64,000 nucleotides of DNA from NCBI RefSeq assembly GCF_009914755.1, contig NC_060928.1; one strand, 5' to 3'. Below the pieces are notes generated by a model. It was not told the DNA's origin and made no database searches. It was given only the letters and a program-made list of their open reading frames with translations. Shown here piece after piece: positions 49,798 to 64,000 of this stretch. This DNA is from the human T2T-CHM13v2.0 reference genome, Homo sapiens. The translations under genes were made by a program, and so were the position numbers. Within the stretch, counting starts at the first letter, position 1. Each line of letters begins with the position of its first letter.

Positions 49798-50881
49798 AGA
49801 GAGCATCTTCTGTGCTTTCACAAAAGCATCATTGAGTTTTAGCCAGATAATATTTTTTGGTATAATCAAAGAAAGACTTCTTAGAGAGCTAGAAGGATCT
49901 AAGTGAAGAACTGTGTGCCCTTGTGAGGTTGGTATGGTGGTGTCAGTGGTGATATCTATTGGAGAATGACTGTATACTAAATTTTGGAGCTGAAAACTGG
50001 CTTAAAAGGAGTCCAAAATTGGGCCCCAAAAGGAAGAATATGGGGTCCATGTCTTTGAGAACTCATGAAAAATTCTACTAAAGAACTATAAGAAAAATTT
50101 ATGGGGACCATTAACAGAAGTTGATTTATATTAGTAATATGGGTGTACGCTCAAATAATTTTGATATAAACTATATTATATCTTGTTGTATCACTATGTT
50201 GATTGAAATATCTGAAATACATACACACATATATTTTCAAAGCACTAGTACAAGTCCATCAGATTCATTAGATATAAATGCATTTTAAATTTATATTTAG
50301 AACGTGAAATTAAATTATAACCTATCCAATGAGGGCTAGAAGAAAATGAAGAATTTAATAACTCTTATGAGTGTATCAACAAAGCCAAAAGCCTAGACAG
50401 AGCATTTATAAAAGGATTATAAATCATATTGCCCTTTAACAGATAGATAAAAACAAATCTCTAAGACTTAGGTAATATTGGATAATGTAACTTCTAATGT
50501 ATTTTGATTAAGAGGACAAATTTATTCATGAATTTAGCAATGTTTAAGTCAAACTGTCTTTGAAGGACATTACATTTTCATTAAATTATGACATATATCA
50601 GGTTTTATATTCCACTGTTTGTCATTAAAAATCTTTTGCAATGTGCTTTTTTCAACTGTATTTCAAAATCCTTTCTTCTTTTTCCCTATATCCAGCTCTT
50701 TTCACTTTGTAAGATTATATATGTATTTTTTCATAGAATACATCTATTTAGGATCTTCTATGAGTTAATCATTGGAGTGTATGCTAGAGATAAACTAATA
50801 GGCAAGATATTATCTTTGCCTTTAAAGATATTGTTGTATAATAAGGGGTGTGGGCATTATGCATGCAATTGCAATGATATC

Positions 50882-51503
50882 TGATGTGGGTTGTGGTGAA
50901 TTTGCACTTTCAACTTAGCTCAGTTGGACATTATTTCCCAGAAATCACTTTCCTTTATGGATGTGAGTTAGGGTTGTCAATAAAAGAAATATGGAAGTTA
51001 GAATTTCAGCAGCAGCCATTGAGCTGTGAAGATTGATGAAGGGTATCTGCCACTACTGTATCTCATGTACATTGTCACTTATCTGCTGGATCACTTTGTG
51101 GGCATGAAGCTGTACTGAGGCCACAGGCCCTTAGCTCCTTCCAGATCTTCTGCCTCACATATTCCAATTATGAGCCATGCACGTAGGCCACATTACTACA
51201 AAGGTGCCAGCTTCTTTTTCAGGTCATCCTCACAATCAAGGTTGGAGGTTTATACTCATGGATTCTAGGTTGTCTTCACGGATTCTAGTCTTTTTTCTCT
51301 TCTCTACTTCATGTCCAGCTTTTTAACCTATATTTTACCTTTCAGTGACTTTAAAGCTTCAGATAGGTACAGAGGCAAAAGCCTTTCATTCAATTTGCCA
51401 CATGGTTCCACAACTGTGTACAGGCTAATCACAGTATTATATCCCTAACTCTGCATCACTCATATTTTTTTTTGCTTCTTTGTTTAATCACTGACTGATT
51501 CAG
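50882..51503 (+). mobile_element. LTR33-like ERVL 5' LTR
   Basis: tcaacttagctcagttggacattatttcccagaaatcactttcct...cagcagcagccatt...ctgactgattca; homologous to 57107-57193. Confidence 0.8.
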
Positions 51504-52748
51504 AGACTAGTCTTACAAGCAGTTACACTACATACAACCTTCAGAATGGATTGCCTTAAAAAAATCTTCTCATATGATTAATATTAATGGCATTAGTGAT
51601 GCTGTTGTCCATAGTGAAGGATGCTGGTAGCCCAAGGCAATCTGTGGCAAATAGTCACTTAAATTATCATACTTCAATTAGACTCTTGTAATAAAATGCC
51701 TATGAGAGGGAAGGTTTAGGAGACAAAGGAGTTGCTGCTAGTAATATTGTAGTGAAAATGAAGAGTATGATGTAATTGATTGGTTGCTTTTACTTGTGTT
51801 GCAGTGCTTATAAAAGAGAGAGAAAAACAACCCAATTAGTGCAAAGCTTTAAATCCAAAACTAAAGGCCTCAAAAAGTGATCAGAAAACTTTGTGATGAC
51901 TCCAAAAGAGCCACTTATTCCCTACAGGCACAGAGCCAAGTTATAAAAACCAAACCCACAGTCTCATCTTGCAGGTGATTGAATTGTAATACAAAATGAA
52001 TTCATGGTCCCACAGGTCTCTTATGTTAAAATTAAGGCATTGATTAGGTAGAAGTGGAACACCAAAGAGTGGGATGGAGATGTATGTCTGAATTTTTATG
52101 TAACTAGGGATCTTGATTTTATAAATTCTGCTGAGCCTCCTCTACCAGTAGAAGCACTCTTTTGTCCCCTGAGGGATATAGTCTCCTTTTGTTTAAGAAC
52201 CAATCATCATGAGGTAACTGCTAATTTTTCCTAAGGACTATACTCAACACCTCTCATTGTTTCTAGAACTAAAGCAGACTCAAATCTGAAAGCCTCAGGT
52301 AGTAAGTTATAAATTGCATCCTGTGAGGAGGACAACAAGAATATAAGATTTTTCTAACTCATATCAGGGCTTCCCGAGGGTGAATGCGAGTGAAATAAAA
52401 TAATGTGGGATCAAGTCATATTTGTTGGTACATATTCTGGATTCTGTATTATCTGTGTTATCTATGGTAGTTGGTAGAGACAGTCTTTTAGGTTGTTTGA
52501 CTGAAGCATAAATTCAAAGGTGACCTAGACTGAACTTTTTTGCTATATTGTAAAAGAAGGAATCCAAAGGTTTAGGAAGGTTGGAAAGCTAGAGCAGATT
52601 TTTCATGTGAAAACTGCTCACTCATTTTGTGTCTTGCCGTGTGAGAGCATCCAGCAGACCTTCCCTTTACTGAGGCTATGAGGAATATGTTTGTGAGGGA
52701 GCCACTCATTGTTGAACAGCTCAGTGGTGGTTATTCTCTGTAAAGTGA

Positions 52749-53040
52749 TGTAGAGTCAATTTTCACGCTGCTGATAAAGACATATCCGAGACTGTTCAAT
52801 TTACAAAAGAAAGAGTTTTAATGGACTTACAGTTCCATGAAGCTGGGGAGGCCTCACAATCATGGTAGAAGGCAAGGAGGAACAAGTCGCATCTTATGTG
52901 GATGGCAGCAGGCAAAAAGAGAGCTTGTTCAGGGAAACTCCTTCTTATAAAACCATCAGGTCTTGTGAGACTTATTCACTATCACGAGAACAGCAGGAGA
53001 GAGACCTGCCTCCATGATTCAATTACCGCAACTGGGTCTC
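52749..53040 (-). mobile_element. THE1 (THE1B-like) LTR, truncated
   Basis: ttttcacgctgctgataaagacatatccgagactg...gatggcagcaggcaaa; stops abruptly at caactgggtctc. Confidence 0.9.
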
Positions 53041-54764
53041 TTGACTACTGGATACTGGCTGTCAACTGACACTAATTTCTAGAAACCCAGAATGCCATCA
53101 GTCCACCAGGGAATGCAGAGGCTTATGAAGCATGGGTGATAAAACAGAATTGGCTCAGGTTCATCTCTCAGTGGACCTAATGTGTCATGAAACATTTTTC
53201 ATTATTTCCTGACACAAAATAGACATAGCTTCTGAAATAATCTCCATATTACTTCCCTGACCCAAAGTGTAAGGATTATTCTAGTCAAAAGGCCAAGTGG
53301 AAGACAATCGGCCTCTTCAATGAGACATTCCTGGAGAAACTGCAGAGATAATTGCCACCACTAAGAATGTGAAAGAAAAAGGTTGGTGATTTCTACCACA
53401 TCCCTTTCAACTTGTCAATTTGGTTGCTCCAGAAGACAGATGGATTATGACAAATGAGAGTGGATTATCACAGACTCAATCACATGAGGACTCTAACTTC
53501 AGCAGCTATTCCAAATTTGACCTTATAACTAAAGAAAATCAACACATTATTTTGCACCTGAAATGCAGTTCTTGACGCGGTGAATTCCCCCTCCACCCAT
53601 CCCCCGCATACCTGGTAATGAACATCATCAGAAGAAGTTGATTTTAAGCTAGGTAGTCAAGTACACATCTTCATTGTTTAATTGCAGAACTCTATCAAAT
53701 CTCCAACTCAAACTATCCTATGTGGGCTTTCCACAAATGACAGCATCATTCTGGCTCATTCGATTCATCAACAATTTGCTGATCAGACCAACTCAAAGGT
53801 AAATAGCAATTATTTTAGAAATTGTAATAAGGGACACGTTGCAGAGAGCAGGAAATAAATCTCACCAAAAAGTGAGGGCCTGCTACCTTGGTGAAGTTTC
53901 TACATATGGTTTGGAAGATATCCTGGTCCCATCTGAAGTTGCTAGTTGCGTTGCCACAGCTCCATGCAGGAATGCCTATGATGGACAAAAGTGAAGAAAA
54001 ATCTTCCCGGTGGGCAGAGTTTTGAGCAGAGCACCAAGTAATTCATTTTTTAATGGAGGTAGAAATTGATCAATACATAGATCTATGTTGACTGATGAGC
54101 AGTAACAAATTGGCTGCATAATGGGTAACTTGGAAAGGATATAGCTAAGAGATTTTAGGTAAGAAATTTTGCTGAATAAATCTAAGGATAAACTTCTTTC
54201 AGTTGGCACAGAATGTGAAGATATATGTGCCCAACATAAATGTTAACCTAGGAAAAACCTATTAGTAATTAGGCGGATAAGATACTCTGTTCTCTAGACA
54301 TAATTCCCCCTTTTCCCCAACCACTCTGTCCTTGCAAATGTGGTTCATGAGCAACATGGCTATGACAGCAGAGATTAAGTTATGCATGGACTCACTAAAT
54401 AATACCTATTGCTGAGTGCCTAACTTGCCAACAGCAGGTTGGTACTCACTGGGTGCACACTCAGCTGGCACACAGAACCTCCAATATGGCATTGTTCTCT
54501 AAGGGATTCATCTAGCTACATGTAGCAGTTTGCCTAGCTTGAGTACTACCATCTTAGAAGGCATAGTTTTTGCTTACTCTGTACATGGATTGTGTAGTGA
54601 CAGAATGACTAGTGTGTATTCTGCACTGCATTGCTTCTGGCCAAGTAAACCATTTTATATAAGATGAAGTTTAACAATGATTGCATGCTTATGAAATGGA
54701 CTGGTCTTACCACATCACATCTCACACTAAAAATAGCTGTCTTAGTAGAATAGTGAACGGTCTT

Positions 54765-55745
54765 AATGTTAACTATAGTTACCAAGCTGTACATTAAATT
54801 TCCAGAAACTATTAATCTTATAGATGACATTTGTACCTCTTGACCAAAATTTTCCCATTTCCTCCAACCCCCATCTCCTGGAAATCACCATTCTACTCTC
54901 TATTTCTATGAGTTTGACATTTTTAGATTTCACATATAAGTGAGATTATATATATATGATTATATATATAAATTAAAATATATAAAATTATAATATATCT
55001 CACAATTTCTTCATCCATTTATCCTTCTATAGACACTTAGCTTGTTCTCATTTCTTGACCATTGTGAATAATGCTGCAATGAACATGGCACTGCAGATAG
55101 CTCTTTGAGCTAATGATTTTGTTTTATTTGGATACATACACAGAAGTGAGATTTCTGGGTCTTATGATAGCTTATTTTAAATTTTTTGAGGGAAAATACC
55201 ATTTTCCATGATGGTTGTGCTAATTTACATTTCCACCAGTGGTGCACAAGGATTCCCTTTTCTCCACATCCTTGCCACCATTTATCTCCTGTCTTTTTTA
55301 TAATTGCCATTGTAACAGTTGTGAGGTGATATTTTGTGATTTTGGTTTGCATTTCCCTGATAGTTGGTGACATTGAACATCTTCTCATGTTCTTGTTTGC
55401 CATTGTGTATGTCTTCTTCGTAAAAATGTCTATTCCCATACCCCCCAAAAAATGTATTTTCAAGTCTTTGGCCCATTTTAATTCAGATTGTTTTCTGCTA
55501 TTGAGTTATATGAGTTTCTTATATATTTTGGATGTTGATCCCTTATTAAAGATCTTAAATGTTCTCACCACATACTCACACAAATGGTAATTATTGGGAG
55601 GTGATAGGGGTGTTACCTAATTTTACTGTGGTAATCATTTCATATACGTGTGTCAACTCTTCCTATTGTACACCTTAAATCTATACAATTTTGTATAATA
55701 ATTTTGTATAATTGAGGATTATACCTCAATAAACCTGGAAAAAAA
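54765..55745. mobile_element. Old L1 (L1MA9/L1MB1-like) with 5' inversion: minus 54765-55549, plus 55550-55745
   Basis: 17-bp TSD gaatagtgaacggtctt (54748-54764) / gaaaagtgaatggtctt (55746-55762); plus-strand 3' end with aataaa and A tail. Confidence 0.88.
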
Positions 55746-56137
55746 GAAAAGTGAATGGTCTTCTGGAAACTCACATATAGTGCAAGCCTGTAGCAATGTC
55801 TTACAGGGCTAGGATAATATAACTCAGCATATGTATGTGCTCCAAATCAACAACCAATATAGGGCGCTCTTTATCCCATAAATCATGTTCACAGCTCCAT
55901 TAGTCAAGGGGGTGAAATGGGGAGCAGATTTTTTCACCATTACCCCTATACAATTGGACAAAATTTAAAAAAAATTTCACATCCTAGTTTCAGTGCAAGA
56001 AAGGCTTCATAAGGGGACATAGCAATGGTTTCATTAAATTGGAAGTAGAAATTGCCATACTGCTTCTTTGGACTCTTCACTCTAGTAAATGAAGAAGCAG
56101 AGAAGTGAGTTACTCTATTGAAATAGGGTAATAAGTT

Positions 56138-56401
56138 TTTCTGCAGACTGAATGATTGTATCCCCCCCAGAATTTATATTTTAAAGTTCTAACTCCCAGT
56201 GCCATGGTATTAGGAGGCAGGGCTTTGGGAAATAATTAGGTCATGAGGGCAGATCCCTCGTGAATGGGATTAATGCCCTCAGAAGAAGAAACACATATCC
56301 TTGATCTTGGACTTCCCAGCTTCCAGACCTGTGATAAACAAATGTTGGTTAATCCACCCAGTCTGTGGCATTTTGTTATAGTATCCTGAACTGACTAAAC
56401 A
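56138..56401 (+). mobile_element. MaLR LTR (MLT1A-like, internally deleted)
   Basis: ggtattaggaggcagggctttggg...tgaatgggattaatgccct...ccttgatcttggacttcccagc. Confidence 0.85.
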
Positions 56402-57106
56402 AATTATCCCTTTCAAAAAGAAATTAGGTTTCCACTACACGGTGTGAGTATGGAATTAAATGTGTGGAATGAAGAATAACTCATGAGAAGCCTCTCAGGA
56501 CTCCATGTTTTGTGGTAAAAATTAATGAAAAACTGTAACAAGCCAGAGCAGGTAGGATGGCTATGACGTAGACTCTGCAGAATAAAGTTCTGGACACTGC
56601 AAGGCAAGAAATGTGGACAGACAAGCTATGTGCCAGGGATAAAAGGACTATGGAATGGATAGTGGAAGAAGCAAATATAAACAACAGCTATGAAGTATGA
56701 CAAGTTGAAGAAAAGAGAAGTATAATAGTTATAAGATTCTCCTTTATTTTTATATTAAAAAACTGTGTATATGTTACCTAATTATTTTATTTCCCCGCTC
56801 TCATTCTCCCATCAGCTGAAATAAAATGTTTTTATAATGGTTAACCTGAACACATCAGGATTTACTGATATTAAAGGATCTGTTACAATAGCAGTAGACT
56901 CTATCCTCAACTAGGGATAAAGAAATGATACATGAGACGTTGTATACTATTTTGGGGAGTGAGTTAGCATGTTTAAGTTTAGACAAGTAATAATTGCATG
57001 ATGAAGTAATTGCATTGTGGAAGCATGATTTAAATAATAAATGCGTGTCTGTGTTTAGAAGTTAAGAATAGCTAAGACAGAGTATTTAGTATGAATACCT
57101 ACTTAA

Positions 57107-57193
57107 GTGATGGTCTGTGAATGTTTTGTACTATGTTAACTTAGATAAGTTAGAACTACATTTCCAAGAATCCCCTTCCCTGTAGAGTTCTGG
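57107..57193 (+). mobile_element. LTR33-like 3' LTR, truncated
   Basis: gtgatggtctgtgaatgttttgtactatgttaacttagataagttagaactacatttccaagaatccccttccctgta. Confidence 0.75.
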
Positions 57194-57429
57194 AAATCAT
57201 CACAAAGGTAATGGCAGGCTTGAGATGGTCCGAGAAGGCATGGGGGTAAATCACCACCAAGCATGGCAAAAGCAGGAATTCACTACCACTTCTGTGACTG
57301 AACATTGCTGGATAGAAAATTCTTATTCCTTAAACATGTATTTCAACTTCAAATTCTGTAATGTCTTCTTTTTTGGTTAATGGTGAATGTTAAAAAGAAC
57401 CTTGATATTAGTGTATTTTATATCTTTTC

Positions 57430-58350
57430 ATTAATTTATTCAATGAATAGCTACTAATCATGCAAGAGATTACCCTTATACTAGATATGGGATGAATGAG
57501 TAAATAAAACATAGGTATTTGCTATTTTAGGCCTTATATTTTATCTGAGGAACAAAGATGGGTAAAGTAAACAAGTACTTTTTTGGAACATGCAAAATGC
57601 TGTAGAATTAGTGAAAACATGTATAAGTAAGAGGATACAAGGGTACCAGGGTCAGGGTGATGGCACGGTATTAGGTAGAGTCGTCAGGTAGGTCTCACTG
57701 ATAAAGTGAGATGAAGGTTTAGCCTTAATGAAGACAAGAAAGTTTGCCAAGCAATTATCTGAGGAAAGAAAATTCTGGACAGAGAAAACAGCTAAGGGCA
57801 GAGACCCTTAGTTTGGAGTGTGCCTGGAGTGCCTGGAGACCTACAAAGAAGCCAGTGTTCCTAGAGCAAAGTGAGTGAGAAAGAGAGTTGAGATTAAAGA
57901 TTTTAGATGTAAAGGTCAGATTATGTGGACTCAAAAGAATATTTTTAAATGAAAGTCATTGTAAGATGTTTATATGCTGTTAAAAAAAACATTCCAGTAA
58001 AGAGGAAAACAAAATGGTGATATAAGAGTGAGGGAGTAGTTTTTGGAGTTCTGTCCTTAATCAGGTGAGAGCTTATGGGACCAAATGCACAGAAGTGGTC
58101 CCTGATCATAACTAGGAGTGCATACAGTTCCTCTCAGCTACAGGAGGGACAGCAGAGCAGATAGGCAGATATGATTAAGTTGCCAAATGCGGTGGTGTCA
58201 TCAAGGAGAAATTCTATTCTGGAAACTTCTCTTTTCTCAGTAAAATAGGAAATAGTTAATTAGAAGGAGAATGGGGGAGAAGGTGTAAATGTGTGTGGAA
58301 CTATGACAAGGAACAGAGAAATCTAGACGACTAGAAGAATGAGTGGGCTA
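57430..58350 (-). mobile_element. L2 fragment(s)
   Basis: cattaatttattcaatgaatagctact 3' end; ggaaagaaaattctggacagagaaaacagc...aaagaagccagtg. Confidence 0.75.
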
Positions 58351-58390
58351 GGTTTATTTACTAGAATCATGAAGCTAATATCTTAGGGCA

Positions 58391-58900
<510 letters not shown>

Positions 58901-60399
58901 TTCTAAAGAGATCTAAAGAGAGCCTAAGGCTATGTGATCTCTTTTTGTTCCTATTTTGTGCAATTACTCCCTGAGTACATTTCTCTGCATTTCATGTATT
59001 TATTAATTGGCTCATTTATTCTTCATATACTAATGTTAATCTGTTTGAAATTCCCCGCAATTTCTCCTAAAGGATTTGAGATGAATACATAATCGGTAAT
59101 GTTATAAATATAAAATGGTAAAAAAAAATTAATAACCAATTCAACATTTTTCCAGTCTCTCCTGTCTAGAACTTTGTTTAGCAGGGTACTTCTCATAATT
59201 TTAAACATTAATTTTGCAAATGATAATGTGATACTTATGAATAATAAAAATAATTCATAAGGTACACATCATTCTTAAAATCTAAAACTGCAAATGGATC
59301 TGAATATATTTTCCAAAAGAAAAAATAATTCCCCGAAGCAAGCAAATATAAAAAAATAACAGAAAAATTTTACAGATACCTACTTATCTTTAGCCCTTGC
59401 AGAAAAATCAAAACAAAACAGAAAATCTGCACTGGAGCATTTGAAGCAGTGTAAGCAAAGACTACATTGTTCTGGAAAATGTGTGGTCACTTCTAAACTC
59501 CCGTCTGTGTGGGAAAATACACCAGGAGGTTTCATCTCAGTACAAATCAGCATGCCAAATCTGGCAATAGGATGGTGTTATCTTTCAAGAGAGTCGACAG
59601 GAGTTCCAGAAGGAACATTTGGTGAAGAATCTGCCAACTGCCTTTATTACTTTCTGAACTACCTCTAAGTTACAGGTATTTCCAGTTTTGTTCTGCAGAT
59701 AATTTGAGCTCCATCTGTGGTTGATGAATATTTGTTAGTATGCTATTACAAATTATGGCTTTCGGCACTGTTGCAGCCCCTCTCTGCTAATTCAGCTACA
59801 TAAAATATTGTGTTTCTTGATGCTGGGTATATTTCCATAGTGGGAAATGCAGTGAGAGAAATAGGGGTCCTATTTTCTATTGCAATTTGTTGGTCGGTTC
59901 GTTTCCACATAAAATATTGTTTTTAATTTTATGCTGAAATAGGTGATTATTAATTCTAAAATATAAATTTCCAACAGAGTCTGTACTAAACTCCTAAGGA
60001 AGTCAGATATGTTTGTACAGAAATTTTAATTCATATCAAAACCTACATAGTAACTATATAGTTACTTAATTTGATTTGAAACAAGAAACATTTGATTATA
60101 TTTATATTGTGGATAATTTAGATGTGGTCAGTTAAGAATTAGTTTTAATCCATTTTGGTGAAATTATTCCTATCAATTAACAAAATTATAACATATATTG
60201 TAGTTTGATGTTGTAGTTCTTCCTAGATATATTCCTGAAATAGTTTTAGTACATGAACTATTATATACTGAATCTGTGTGTAGGCTCACAGGTCTGGCAG
60301 GTCAATTATAGCAGAGGTCAGAGTAAGGCAGAAGATTATGTCCTACATGGTAGAGACAGAAAGGAAGGTCAAGCAAGATGATTAAGAGAACAGAGTGTA

Positions 60400-60727
<328 letters not shown>

Positions 60728-60879
60728 TCATATCAATTAGTGCATTTTGAATAAATACAACTTAGTATATGACATCATAAAAATGGAAGGATTTGGATCT
60801 TTTACTCTAACTCCCATGGTGTACCTGAAGCACAGTCAAGCAAGTCTGGATTTAAAAGCATGTACTCTAGCTTGGACAC

Positions 60880-62870
60880 TCGCTAAATCTGCAACTTTAC
60901 AAAATGTTTTCTCTGCCTCTGAAACAACCATGTTTATTTTTCTCCCTTATTCTATAAATATGGTAAATTTCATTATTACATATCTTGAGAAGCCATTTTA
61001 AAATTCTATGGACAAATTTAGGGACTGTGATTTATGTTGGATAAGTGCTGGGTTTAATTTGCTAAGTTAAAAATTCATTTGCATTTATATTAATAAAGTG
61101 AGACTGGTCTATGTGATTTTCTTTTCCTATAAAACGCTTCTCCAACTTTGTTACAACGATTACATAAACTGTATAAACAAATCTAGTAGATATTTCTACT
61201 TTCATTCTCTGCAAAAGTTGGTGCAAGATAATTATAACGAGATATTTGTTCTTTGAAGTGTTAGTGAAATGTGGTTCTGTGGGTGAGTAAAAATTTGCTT
61301 ATTATACAACTTCTGTTATTGGTCTATTTCCAGGTTTTACATTTTTGAACTAATTTGGTCATTTATATTTATTTGGAAATTCATCCATTTTGTTTATATT
61401 TCAAATTTAGATTCCTGAATTATTTCATAAAATGTTTCTATGACTTTTAAATCCCAAATGTACGTGCAGATTGATTTAAAGTCCTTATTTTATTCTAAAT
61501 ATTGGGTTTTGGTGGTATCGCTTCTGGGTTTTGCTTGTTACGTTTTGTTTTGCTTTGATTAGCTTACTTAATGATTTTTTTCTATTCTATCATAATTTTT
61601 AAAGGACCACATTTTTTTCCATACTGAAGGAAAGGCAGGTTATTTTATTTTTTAACTCAATACATTTTGCTTATGGATTACTATAGCTACTCATTTGAAT
61701 GCTTACTTAATTATAATTATTTTTGCTTTCTGTAGATGTATGAAAGGCTACAAGTTGTTTATAAGTAACAATTTGCCTGCTTCTTGTAAGTTTTGCAATT
61801 TAATGGTCTCATTGTGATCTGGTTTTAAATATATCTTAAATGCTGACATAAATTATGGGCGATTTATGGGTATACTTTTAGGTTTTAAATGTGTTAGGAT
61901 TATGTTTTAGCAATATGATTTTTAATAATTTCTAATTTTATTGCATTGAGATCAGTCAAATCTCCCAAGATTTTTGAGCCAACCTTTCTTGAATATAGGA
62001 TGGCAAATATTTACAAATGTTTCATGTCCATTTTAAATGCATGCATTTATCTGTTGGTTAAATGTTATCTCTGTACCTGTTATATCAGACTAGTTAATCA
62101 AGTTTTTCTGATCTATATACTTAACTTATTTCTTGCATGCTTGAGATATTTCTTGAAAGTTATGTTAGCATTCCACTTACTATGTTGTTGAGTTTTAAAT
62201 TGTCCTTATCATTCTGTTACTTATAACTTTAGAAAATTTAGGACTATGAAGTTAGGTACAGACATGTTAATTATTTTATATGTTTGTGCATTTTTATTAG
62301 AATGTAATATCTCTATCTTAGACCTTTTATATAATATCATGTTGATGTGACAGCTATATATGCCTATTGTACTATTTTTCTCATCTCTTCATTTTCAACC
62401 TTTTTAAATCCTGTTTCAGAAAAGGATCTAATATGTTATAGATAAGTGGATTTTTATGGCCAATATGAACATTTCGACCTTTTAATATCAATAAAGTTAA
62501 CTTATTTACAGTTATGTAACTACTGATCTATTTTAACTGATCTGCTGTCTTATTTTACCTTTTCTCCTTGCTCTATTTTTTTCATTGTTTCTAATTCCCT
62601 TCTTCTTTGAAGTAACCAACTCTCATTTATTCTCTTTTCCCTTATATTAATAAGTATTTCAGCTCATTGGAAAATATGAATTCTAGTTACAATCTTCAGT
62701 AGCTACCTACAAATTCATTCTAACTTACATGATTAGTGGTGTTTTTCCTACAAAGGTAATAAGTTATTTAGTGTTTCTCTTCTCATGCATGAGACAGGAC
62801 CATTTTGCATTGTTTTTATTCTTTCTTTCCATATTGAACTCCTCTGTTGTAATATTGTAGAACAGAATTT
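60880..62870 (-). mobile_element. Highly diverged L1ME ORF2 relic
   Basis: tttctaattttattgcattgagatcag; ttggaaattcatccatttt; gttaggtacagacatgtt. Confidence 0.6.
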
Positions 62871-62894
62871 CCCAAAATCCATATGGTTATGCTT

Positions 62895-63266
62895 GTACAA
62901 TTAGCCAATCTCTCTTCAACCCCCACCTCCCCACACACACCCTTTTCAGCCTCTGATAACCATCATCCTACTCTCTATTTCCATGAGATCAACTTTTTAA
63001 ACTCCTACATATGAAGGAGAATATGTAATATTTGTGTTTATGCCTGGCTTATTTCGCTTAACATAATGACCTTCAGTTCTATCCATATTGCTGCAAATAT
63101 CAGTATTTCATTCCCTTTTCAATGGATGAAGAGTACTTCATTGTGTACATATACCCCATTTTGTTTATTCATTCATTCATTGATGGACATTTAAGTTGAT
63201 TCCATATCTTGCTATTGTGAATGGTGGTGGAATAAATATGGAGATGTAGGTATCTCTTTGATATAC
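62895..63266 (-). mobile_element. L1MA 3' fragment
   Basis: cagcctctgataaccatcatcctactctctatttccatgagatcaactttt...tgcctggcttatttcgcttaacataatgacc. Confidence 0.85.
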
Positions 63267-63693
63267 CTTGTTTTTTAATACAACATAGTTACGTTGAATA
63301 TTTATTAGATTTGCCATTAGGATATTGAACATCCTTGGCTACCATTGCTCCTTGCATATAACTTCTTTGATCTGACTTAACTTTTTCCTCTTAATTAAAT
63401 TTATGCTAGGATTTTTTAATTAAAAGGGGATAGAACTCAGCCTAAATGTCCTTAAATAAAATAGGTTATTTTATAAAACATTTGGAATAGAATGGCTTTC
63501 ATGCAGGTTGATAGCCATGATTAATTTTTCAACTTTGCTTTTACAGCATCAAAACTCATCTCATGTTTGGAAAAAAAATTGGGGCTGTCTGCTAGCTAAA
63601 ACACTCTCCAGCAGTCTTATCAGATCAGCAATATATTTAATCATTTAACAAATATTTGATAACCTACTAATTGTACAACAGAATTGCAGGCAC

Positions 63694-63905
63694 TGTGTGT
63701 CGGTTTAGGTTTTCCAAGAAGCAGATGACAAGAAACACAGGAGACCTACTGGAGAAATATCTGCGTGGGATAAAATGGTGAGGAAACTAGAGTAGCTGGG
63801 GAAAGCTTAAGATCACATTGCAGGTTTGACACACGTGAGTGCAGAAAGACAGCAAAGGTGGATTGAGTAGGAAGACCTCAGTATTCAGTGCAGCATAAGA
63901 AACTT
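63694..63905 (-). mobile_element. LTR16-like ERVL LTR fragment
   Basis: ccaagaagcagatg...gcaggtttgacac...ggattgagtaggaagacctcag...cagtgcagc. Confidence 0.65.
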
Positions 63906-64000
63906 TTATCTTTTCTCCTTTGTGAAAGATCAGTGGAATATATTTCTGTATGCCTTTTTCTTTATTCTCTATTCTGTTCCACTCATCTGTTGATCTGCTC

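Larger units (their letters stand above)
51504..57106 (+). mobile_element. Decayed ERVL internal region (gag-pol relic), interrupted by THE1, L1 and MLT1A
   Basis: RT relic from 53406 FNLSIWLLQKTDGL*QMRVDYHRLNHMRTLTSAAIPNL (ERVL-type [25 protein letters not shown]); integrase-like sequence spanning the L1 insertion at 54748-55762. Confidence 0.85.

Overview
AT-rich, CpG-depleted primate (human-like) genomic DNA, apparently intergenic or deep intronic. I find no recognisable host protein-coding exon, tRNA/rRNA gene, CpG island or CRISPR array. The ORF track is explained by L1 ORF1/ORF2 relics, Alu read-through, microsatellites and chance frames. Roughly two thirds of the window is layered transposon debris: ten Alus plus a fragment, L1s of several ages, L2/MIR, MaLR and ERVL LTRs, a decayed LTR33-flanked ERVL provirus, a full-length piggyBac MITE (MER75), hAT MITEs (MER1B, MER5A) and a hAT-Charlie transposase fossil. 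Most notable: two independent 5'-inverted (twin-primed) L1 insertions with readable TSDs, one of them ancient; a MER75 keeping an open 49-aa PGBD4-like ORF missed by the ORF track; a large inverted L1 pair; and TE-poor islands with candidate + strand non-coding exons and enhancer-like motif clusters. I see no convincing evidence of a new biological system. Subfamily names are from recalled consensus sequences and need RepeatMasker/Dfam confirmation; boundaries of old repeats are approximate.
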